Source: Fimbriimonadia bacterium
GTDB lineage: Bacteria; Armatimonadota; Fimbriimonadia; Fimbriimonadales; JABRVX01
Direction: 5' to 3'
Assembly (NCBI GenBank): GCA_041483895.1
Contig: JBGPGO010000010.1
Span: forward strand, 1 to 64,000
Length of the DNA: 64,000 bases
The notes below the pieces were generated by a model that was given only the letters and a program-made list of their open reading frames with translations, did not search any database and was not told the origin of the DNA. Position 1 is the first letter of the stretch. Each line of letters begins with the position of its first letter. A program made the position numbers and the translations under genes. Shown one piece after another: positions 56,790-64,000 of the stretch.

Positions 56790-57802
56790 CGCTGATCATT
56801 CTTATCCTCCAATTTGGAGCAAACCCGCTATTGACCGCGTGGCCCACGTTGCTACATGGGATCGAAGCCAAACATCCGGCGGCCGGCTGGCAAAGCGTGG
56901 CGACGGCCCTGCCAAGAGCGATGGACTTTGACGACCTTACAAAGTTGGGAGAAAAAGCTGCCGGTAAGAGACTCGATGCAATGTTCAAGAATCTGATCCA
57001 TTCAGAGGATCGGTTGGTGTTGGCTGACTACGAGGGCGGTATCAGATGGGCGGATCGAGAACGCAACACCGCCGTTATTTGGTTGTTCGCGTCCAGCAAG
57101 AAGGTGATGAGTCTGGCATCCATCGTGGTATGGAGGAAGGGTGACATGTGGTTTGGACAACGGCTGAATTCAACCTTGTATTCAGAACCGATGCTCATCG
57201 GCAATGCGGCCCGCGAAGGGCAATATCTGTCGTTAGCGGGCCAATACTACGACGGAGGCAATTCTCCATCCGCCGGCCTCGAGCTGTGGAAACTTCAAGG
57301 GAATCATTGGAAGCAAATGCAAATGATGGCGACGAAGATGGAATGTTGGGAGCGCCCCGATTTTCCCGTGGTGGATGGCAGGAAATCGATCAGCCCCGTG
57401 CGGGTCGAGACGCGCACCGACGGTCAACTGATTGGTATGGCTCACATCGGCCCGCGGATCACTTATGAATCTATGTGGACTTTTCGCCATGGAAAATATC
57501 ATCAGGGTTCTTACAGGCGGCGCAAAACCGCGGTAGCGACCTTGGATAACATCGCCAAAGCAACGCTGCACGGGAACTACAATGAGGTCCGGCGGAGATG
57601 CGCGAATTCGAAGCTTTCGAAGCGAATCTACGATTTCTTCGTGGATGCACAGTCTAACATGGGGAATCCGCACGATGTGCTGGTTCGGTCGCCGAATAGT
57701 ACCGTGTCAGACGATTGTAGGGAACTTTGCCTCGACGATGATGAGCGGGTTCTAACGTTCCGAAAACGCAACGGACGTTTGATGCTGGTATCATGGCGAT
57801 AG
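56771..57802 (+). CDS. secreted hypothetical protein (paralogue 2); start at 56771 or 56783
   Basis: Hydrophobic LVALIILILQ; motifs shared with 55779-56789. Confidence 0.65.
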   Translation: MESELVALIILILQFGANPLLTAWPTLLHGIEAKHPAAGWQSVATALPRAMDFDDLTKLGEKAAGKRLDAMFKNLIHSEDRLVLADYEGGIRWADRERNTAVIWLFASSKKVMSLASIVVWRKGDMWFGQRLNSTLYSEPMLIGNAAREGQYLSLAGQYYDGGNSPSAGLELWKLQGNHWKQMQMMATKMECWERPDFPVVDGRKSISPVRVETRTDGQLIGMAHIGPRITYESMWTFRHGKYHQGSYRRRKTAVATLDNIAKATLHGNYNEVRRRCANSKLSKRIYDFFVDAQSNMGNPHDVLVRSPNSTVSDDCRELCLDDDERVLTFRKRNGRLMLVSWR

Positions 57803-57812
57803 GATGATCAAC

Positions 57813-59132
57813 CTAGACATAGTGGGCATCATGACGCCACGAAATAGTCCACTTTCCATTCTTCCGCACGAATAGATAGGTCGCCGATGCGCCGTGCTCC
57901 GTGGGCCCAAAGTTAACCCTCAGCACCGCATTGTCACCGCTGGCGGAAAAGCCGGGAAGATACACCCAAACCCATGGCGCGCGGTCCTTGCCTAAGAAGC
58001 TGCCGATCGGCTTTTGGGTCCGCAGCGACACGTAGCTTGCATTCAATTTGAGGCTGGAAAGTGACATCGCCCCGGGATTCCGCCGCATTAAATCTCGGCG
58101 CATTTCCAGCGTCACATCCTTCGCCTGCTCGGCTTTCAGGTCCGAGTTCATTTGATCATCCTGAATGCCGGAGTATTCTCCCAGCGTTTCATTGACCAGC
58201 ATGACGATGTCGCCCTTTCCGGCCTGTTTCCAGCCCGGCATATCCTCCTTCGATCGCTTCAGTTGGTCAAGGGCTGCCACCTCTATGATAATTCGATCCG
58301 TGTCAGACAGTTTTGCCTGCTTCAGCCAAAGGGTCGCGTTTTCCTTTTGCCTCCTGGCTTTCATCTCTTCAAATTGCTTCCGATCGGCGGCGCGCTCCTT
58401 CTCGATCTCGTCTTGCGATCTGCCTTTGCCCCCGGCCTTGCGGATCATCTCCGCACCTTCGGAATTGTAGTTGTTCAATGCGGACTCGACCGGGGTAACC
58501 GATCCGCGATGGGTCAAATTTGGATCCGCTCCTCTGTCAAGCAGCAGCCGAACTGTCTCGTTGAATCCGTTGTAAGCCGCGTGCATCAATGGCGTATCTC
58601 CACCGCCACCATTGATATCCGCTCCCTTAGACAAGAGCAGCTTGACCAAGTTGTTCTGGCCATCGTTCGCGGCAAACACCAACGCAGTGTCGCCGTACAT
58701 GTTCCTTTGGTCTGGCTTCGCTCCACGATCAAGCAGCATTTTTGCAACTTCGAATTTGTGAGATGACACTGCACAAATCAGTGGCGTGAATCCATATGCG
58801 TCTCGTTTTTCAATGTCCGCCCCATGATCGAGCAGCAATGTCACCGTAGGCTCATCGCCGGCAGTCACGGCGAGGATCAGGGCAGTGTCCTTCGGGACGG
58901 ACTTACCGCCGCCGTCGTCGGTCGCTACGTTGGGCTTCGTGAGAACCAGTTCCCGCGCGTTCGGGTCTGCCCCCTGGCGCAGTAAAGTCTTTGCGGCAAC
59001 CGTATCATGAGCCTTCACGGCAGCAATCAACTTGGCGTTCAAGGGATCGGTGCCCGTAGTAGATTGGCCGGTTCCCAATACCAACAAAATCGCCGTACAC
59101 CCTATATATGCGTGGGCTGCTTTCATTGTCAT
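57813..59132 (-). CDS. secreted ankyrin-repeat protein
   Basis: Repeated TALILA/TPLICA/TPLMHA...LLD.GAD motifs; signal-like N-terminus; start uncertain. Confidence 0.88.
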   Translation of the reverse strand: MTMKAAHAYIGCTAILLVLGTGQSTTGTDPLNAKLIAAVKAHDTVAAKTLLRQGADPNARELVLTKPNVATDDGGGKSVPKDTALILAVTAGDEPTVTLLLDHGADIEKRDAYGFTPLICAVSSHKFEVAKMLLDRGAKPDQRNMYGDTALVFAANDGQNNLVKLLLSKGADINGGGGDTPLMHAAYNGFNETVRLLLDRGADPNLTHRGSVTPVESALNNYNSEGAEMIRKAGGKGRSQDEIEKERAADRKQFEEMKARRQKENATLWLKQAKLSDTDRIIIEVAALDQLKRSKEDMPGWKQAGKGDIVMLVNETLGEYSGIQDDQMNSDLKAEQAKDVTLEMRRDLMRRNPGAMSLSSLKLNASYVSLRTQKPIGSFLGKDRAPWVWVYLPGFSASGDNAVLRVNFGPTEHGASATYLFVRKNGKWTISWRHDAHYV

Positions 59133-59264
59133 CTCTCGCTCCAATTATACGCATTCTTCTGTCTCGTAATCTGCCTCATATTGCTGTCCCAGGTCAAGCG
59201 ACGAAGTGACTAGGCGATCGGTTCCGTGCCCAAGTGGTAGACTTTGCGGGCGGAAGGAACCAGA

Positions 59265-59714
59265 ATGCTAATCAAAACCACCTGTCCGTCCTGTGGAAAA
59301 GAGACCCCGACCAGCAATCGGGTCTGCGAGTGGTGTGGGGCGAATCTCTCGGGAGGCCCGGCGCCGGCCTCGCGCCCACCCTCCGCGCTGCCAAAGGGCA
59401 AGACGCCGGGGAACACCTACATTTGGGGCGCCTTTGCCCTTGCAATCGGCGGCCCCATCCTACTCGTTTGGCTCTGGCTGGTTGGCCTCATGCCCACTTT
59501 AGGCGTCGGCATCCTCGCAGTCGTCAGTTGGGGCGTGGCCGGCGACATGCTGCGCCGATCGCGCCGGTTCAAGTTCTGCGCAAAATGCGGCGGCAAGGTA
59601 GTGATGGACGACGTTCAGGAAATTCGCAGCCAATTCGATAACGAAGTGCAAGGATACGAATATCGCCTCCGATGCATTCGCTGCGGCGCAATAAAGCCAA
59701 TCGTCGACGCATAA
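59265..59714 (+). CDS. zinc-ribbon membrane protein
   Basis: CPSC..CEWC, two TM segments, CAKC..CIRC. Confidence 0.7.
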   Translation: MLIKTTCPSCGKETPTSNRVCEWCGANLSGGPAPASRPPSALPKGKTPGNTYIWGAFALAIGGPILLVWLWLVGLMPTLGVGILAVVSWGVAGDMLRRSRRFKFCAKCGGKVVMDDVQEIRSQFDNEVQGYEYRLRCIRCGAIKPIVDA

Positions 59715-59718
59715 AAGA

Positions 59719-59743
59719 ACCCCCGGGGACAGACCCCGGGGGT
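59719..59743. terminator. hairpin between convergent genes
   Basis: acccccgggg-acaga-ccccgggggt. Confidence 0.55.
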
Positions 59744-59771
59744 GGGAGGTAAAGCAATCGGTAGTACCATG

Positions 59772-60758
59772 CTAATTTGCTCCGGACATGCCAAAGTTGA
59801 TAAACACGATATTCATGTCCGGAAGATCTACTAATCCACTGCCATCCAAATCCGCATTCGGATCGGAAACGCCGAACGAGATAAATACCGAATTCAAGTC
59901 CTGTATATTAACCGAATTATCACCGTTGGCGTCCCCATTCATTTGTGTAAAGCTGATCAGATTGGGACCGGGCAAAATGACAGGATTCGGTAGCGTCTCC
60001 CGCAGCCAGTGAGAGAACTTAACCGACACGTCCCACGTTCCTTCGGCAACGACCCCTGCGTCATAGTTGCAGAGCACGTCTAACGTGATCGGATAGCTGT
60101 GCGCCACAGTTGTCGTCCCAGGGTACCGAAATTCCAGATTGGCGCTGTACCCCGCCGAGCCAACTTCGAGGCCATCCAAACAGATGTTGCCTGTCAGGGT
60201 TGGCGGATCGTTCGCCGCGGTCACATACATGTCGTCCGCCAGAAATATGGGACCCCAGTCGCTGCAGGTCGGCGGCTTCTTGTCGTAATGGATCACCACG
60301 CTGTTGAACCCCTGAGTGGCGCTTAGCGACAACGTAACAGTTGGCCAAACGCCCTCCGATCCGATCGCCGTGTTCGACGCGACGAATACGCCGTCCATAT
60401 ATCCCGTTACCTTCATCGTCCCGGTCGGATCGCAGTTGTATTCTTGGATCGCGCACAAGATCGAAATGTCGGTCAACCTTCTTGAAAACAGGATGACGAG
60501 ATCGGCTTGGAATACGCTGTTCGGGTAGATGCAAAAGCCGGAAAATCCGGCTGGCGTAAAACCAAGTGCGTCGGCCTGCTGAATAGAAAAGTTTTGGCCC
60601 GTCCCAGCGAAGTGGGCCGAGATGCCGTTCACGGTCAGATCGATGGGAAGCGAAGTGTGTATCGGGGCGTCATTGAAGTCGAACAAGGCGCTTTGCGCGC
60701 CGGATTGCATAGATAGCAGCCCAAGAGCTGCTACGAAGAGAAGACTCCTTGGTTTCAT
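59772..60758 (-). CDS. secreted protein with C-terminal Ig + dockerin-like module
   Basis: Signal peptide MKPRSLLF; LEFRYPGT...VKFSHWLRE...GDANGDNSVNIQDLN...DLDGSGLVDLPDMNIVFINFGM. Confidence 0.8.
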   Translation of the reverse strand: MKPRSLLFVAALGLLSMQSGAQSALFDFNDAPIHTSLPIDLTVNGISAHFAGTGQNFSIQQADALGFTPAGFSGFCIYPNSVFQADLVILFSRRLTDISILCAIQEYNCDPTGTMKVTGYMDGVFVASNTAIGSEGVWPTVTLSLSATQGFNSVVIHYDKKPPTCSDWGPIFLADDMYVTAANDPPTLTGNICLDGLEVGSAGYSANLEFRYPGTTTVAHSYPITLDVLCNYDAGVVAEGTWDVSVKFSHWLRETLPNPVILPGPNLISFTQMNGDANGDNSVNIQDLNSVFISFGVSDPNADLDGSGLVDLPDMNIVFINFGMSGAN

Positions 60759-60848
60759 GGTTTGCCAACTCCTTTGTTGGACAAGAAGTGACATCGCTGT
60801 CCAAAAGGATGTTAACATGCGATGATGGTCTGTGTCTGTCGATTAAAG

Positions 60849-61619
60849 TTATGACAGAGGCCTGCGGTCAGCCCGCTGCTGTCTCGCAGTCTGTTTCTGC
60901 CGGTTCCAGGTGTGATCCCGCGGCGTCTCCAGCTTCCGGCCCTCGCCGTAGAACCCCATGATGTAGGCACGGCGCGGCTGGTCGGTGGTGTTTGGGCCCG
61001 CGTAGTGGAGCGTGCGGCAATGATGCAGCGTCGCGCCGCCGGCTGGGATGGGGCATGCGACCGCCCCCGTCGTGTCGATCTGATCTACCTCCAGCCCATG
61101 GATTCGGGGATCGTTATCGATACAATGATGCGGCAAGACGGCCAAACGGTGGCTGCCTGGCAGGAAATGCAGGCAACCGTTTTCCACCGTCGCCTTCTGC
61201 AGCGGGATCCATACGCTCAGGGCCTCGTGGTCGAACTCTTCGGACCAATAGGCTTCGTCCTGGTGCCAGGGGGTTGGCGCGCCGTGACCGGCCGGCTTTA
61301 GGATGGCATGATCGCCGCCATAGTGAGCCGCAGGGCCGAACAAATCCTGGGCGATCTCAAGCGCCTTCCCCCGAAATGGCGCATCCAGCAGCTCCGGAGC
61401 GTATTTGCTCGGCGATAAGATCTGTGGCAGCCCAGCCACGACACCCTCCTCGTCCGCTCCGGCAAGATCGAACTGATCGCCCGCATCGCGTCCGGCCTGC
61501 TGAGAGAAGATCCGGTCGTACGCTTCCCGCATGAACGCAATTTCATCGGCTGACACGAGCAATTGGATGACGAGGTAGCCTTCCCGATGAAAGAAATCCA
61601 TTTGTTCTTGAGTTAGCAT
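60849..61619 (-). CDS. phytanoyl-CoA dioxygenase (PhyH) family Fe(II)/2OG enzyme
   Basis: FFHREGYLV, TPWHQDEAYW, NGCLHFLPGSH, TLHYAGPN..RRA. Confidence 0.9.
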   Translation of the reverse strand: MLTQEQMDFFHREGYLVIQLLVSADEIAFMREAYDRIFSQQAGRDAGDQFDLAGADEEGVVAGLPQILSPSKYAPELLDAPFRGKALEIAQDLFGPAAHYGGDHAILKPAGHGAPTPWHQDEAYWSEEFDHEALSVWIPLQKATVENGCLHFLPGSHRLAVLPHHCIDNDPRIHGLEVDQIDTTGAVACPIPAGGATLHHCRTLHYAGPNTTDQPRRAYIMGFYGEGRKLETPRDHTWNRQKQTARQQRADRRPLS

Positions 61620-61840
61620 CGTTACTCCTGATCGGTCAATTGGAACCAATTTCCGTCCGGATCGGTGAAAACCGGACAGCCGCCGTCGTCATTAATGGCT
61701 CACGAACGAAAATTTCAATATGCCGCAATTTTGCCCTTGCGAAGGGATCGTACCGAATTTGCGAGGAAAAACCGGGAAACTCTTCACACGGCTCGACCGG
61801 TTTGTTACAATGAGAGGACGACTTTGCAGGGGGTCAGGAC

Positions 61841-63889
61841 ATGAAATGGATTTGGGGAGTTGCGGCCGCAATCACGAGCATCGGCATCGCATCGGCGCAA
61901 AAGGATTATGACTTCGAGAGCGGCAAGAGGCAAATGGCCGCCGCGTTTTTCAATCATGTCCCTGGCTGGGATGACGGAGTACATCTTGCCGCGAGCAGCG
62001 ACACCGACGTGGTGCACTACGATCTAAACATTGCGATCGACCCCGCTGCGCAAACGATCGGCGGCGGCAACCTCATGACGATCAAGAGTCTGAATCCCGA
62101 TCTGCGCTGGTTCGAGTTTCAGCTCAGCAACACGTTTACGATATCCTCTCTGCGCGTCGATGGACTATCCGTGCCGTGGAGTCGCCTATCGTCAACTACT
62201 GTGCTAGTGAAGTTACCGCATTCGTACAAGTACGGCGCTAGATTTCGACTGTACGTGGCCTATTCCGGCGCGCCCGTATCCGGCGGCTTCGGCTCGATCG
62301 TTTATTCGACGCAGGGCGGTGCGCCGCTAGTCTACACTCTGAGCGAACCCTGGTATGCCTATACGTGGTGGCCCGAGAAAGAGGATAATACCGACAAAGC
62401 CACGGCGGATCTCCGATTCACGGTCCCCAACGGTCTGACCGCGGTATCGAATGGACTATTGCAATCGGTGACTCCTGTCTCCGGCAACAGGCAGCAGTTC
62501 TATTGGAAGACGAAATTCCAAACGGCACCCTATCTGTTCTTCTTTTCCGTCACAAACTATAACCATTACACTTTGAACTATGACTATGGTGGTGGAACCA
62601 TGCCGCTGGAGTTTTACATCTATCCGATTAATGACACCTCGGGCAACCGTGCCGCGTGGTTTTTGGCGAAGGATGTTCTCGGAGTATACGCCGACTACTA
62701 TGGCCTCTATCCGTTCATCGAAGAGAGATATGGCATCTATGAATTTGGATATGGCGGCGGCATGGAGCACCAGACATCAACAGGCGAAGGGACGTTTGCG
62801 GAGTGGGTTACCGCCCATGAGACCGGTCACCAGTGGTGGGGCGATAACATAACGTGCGCCACCTGGAGCGACATCTGGCTCAACGAAGGGTTTGCCACCT
62901 ACAGCGAAGCGATTTGGTATGAACACAAGCCCGGCTCCGGAAGTTTTGCGGCATACAAGAACCACATGGCAAACCGCAGGCCGGGGGACCTATCTTTTAC
63001 CGTGTACGTGTACAATCCAACGGATCCTTGGCGAATTTTCAATTATGATGGCACATACTTAAAAGGGGCATGGGTATTGCACATGTTGCGCCATATTCTG
63101 GGCGATGATCAGTTCTTTGCCGCCCTGGCAAATTATCGTCTCGTATATGCAGGAAAATCTGCCACTACCGATGATTTCAAGAACATGGTCTCCGTAACCG
63201 CGGACCTCGACATGAGCTATTACTTCAATCAATGGGTGTATCAGCCCGGTGCGCCTGCCTATCGATATGCATGGAAAAACTATGCCGCCAATGGGAAAAC
63301 CTACACGGAGTTTTACGTAGGGCAAGTCCAAAATGCCGGCTACCCCACCTACAAGATGCCAATCGACATGAGATGCACGATCGGCGCGCAAACTCCCACG
63401 TATGTGATCTGGAACAACGCCAAAGCCCAAAATTTGCTCGTTGAGACAAGTGGCGCCGTCACGAGCGTTGCTATGGATCCCGACGACTGGATTTTGAACA
63501 CGGGAAAGGCGTCGGTATTGTTCGTCGAGGGTCCTCCAAAGGTCGTTTCGGTATTTCCCCACGACGGCGACCTGAAGAAGCAGGGCGACGTCAACCAGAT
63601 TCTTGCCACGTTCCATAAAGACGTGAACATCCAGGCTTCGGATGTCTCCCTCGTTGGAGATCAGACCGGCAGCATCGCCTTTTCATTCTCCTATGACTCC
63701 GCGACGAATACGGCGACAATCACGCCACTATCGGCCCTGCCCAACCAATCATACACCTTGACGATTGCGGATACGGTGACTGACAAGGCAGCCGGCAAGA
63801 AACTGGATGGCGAATATGGTCTACCCAGCGGAGACGGCCTGCCGGGCGGCAACTTCGTGATGCATTTTGCCGTCAGCCAAGGCGGCTAA
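61841..63889 (+). CDS. secreted M1 aminopeptidase with C-terminal Ig-like domain
   Basis: GGMEHQ, AHETGHQWWGD...WLNEGFATY (HExxH-x18-E), YLKGAWVLHMLR. Confidence 0.93.
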   Translation: MKWIWGVAAAITSIGIASAQKDYDFESGKRQMAAAFFNHVPGWDDGVHLAASSDTDVVHYDLNIAIDPAAQTIGGGNLMTIKSLNPDLRWFEFQLSNTFTISSLRVDGLSVPWSRLSSTTVLVKLPHSYKYGARFRLYVAYSGAPVSGGFGSIVYSTQGGAPLVYTLSEPWYAYTWWPEKEDNTDKATADLRFTVPNGLTAVSNGLLQSVTPVSGNRQQFYWKTKFQTAPYLFFFSVTNYNHYTLNYDYGGGTMPLEFYIYPINDTSGNRAAWFLAKDVLGVYADYYGLYPFIEERYGIYEFGYGGGMEHQTSTGEGTFAEWVTAHETGHQWWGDNITCATWSDIWLNEGFATYSEAIWYEHKPGSGSFAAYKNHMANRRPGDLSFTVYVYNPTDPWRIFNYDGTYLKGAWVLHMLRHILGDDQFFAALANYRLVYAGKSATTDDFKNMVSVTADLDMSYYFNQWVYQPGAPAYRYAWKNYAANGKTYTEFYVGQVQNAGYPTYKMPIDMRCTIGAQTPTYVIWNNAKAQNLLVETSGAVTSVAMDPDDWILNTGKASVLFVEGPPKVVSVFPHDGDLKKQGDVNQILATFHKDVNIQASDVSLVGDQTGSIAFSFSYDSATNTATITPLSALPNQSYTLTIADTVTDKAAGKKLDGEYGLPSGDGLPGGNFVMHFAVSQGG

Positions 63890-64000
63890 AGCTACTTGTG
63901 CAAATTCAAATTGATCGCTGTGCATAGACCGACGAAGAAGTCCTTGTGGGTCACCCCGGCCTGAAATCGGAAAAACTCATTCAACACATAGCGGGCCGCG

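Overview
A GC-rich bacterial chromosomal segment of about 50 genes. The lineage is probably Armatimonadota-like, inferred from the dockerin-tailed secreted proteins, PEP-CTERM/TIGR03790, DUF1501/DUF1549-1553 and RNase J; this is not proven. Core genes: hmgA, rnj, gcvH-gcvPA-gcvPB plus a lipoate ligase, mutL-ruvC and gap-pgk. Also present are several secreted peptidases/hydrolases, two toxin-antitoxin loci, a sugar aldolase-kinase-isomerase operon and several families of palindromic REP-like repeats. The most interesting part is about 34.8-46.4 kb. (i) An ~8.3 kb cassette of three secreted cohesin-like/dockerin-like proteins is bracketed by direct copies of the gap 5' end; the distal copy is frameshifted but differs only synonymously up to the frameshift. 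(ii) A lower-GC, translationally coupled two-gene operon (unknown protein + PD-(D/E)xK-like nuclease) looks like an uncharacterised defence system. (iii) A tRNA-Ser-shaped RNA with a Phe (GAA) anticodon and a broken acceptor end lies between a TATAAT box and a perfect hairpin. Other points: a shared C-terminal Ig+dockerin-like tail on unrelated secreted proteins, REP repeats inserted in frame inside two enzymes, a ParE toxin broken by one nonsense codon with a 10-bp-phased operator upstream, two candidate small RNAs and frequent leaderless-type starts. All calls come from reading motifs by eye; no searches were run.
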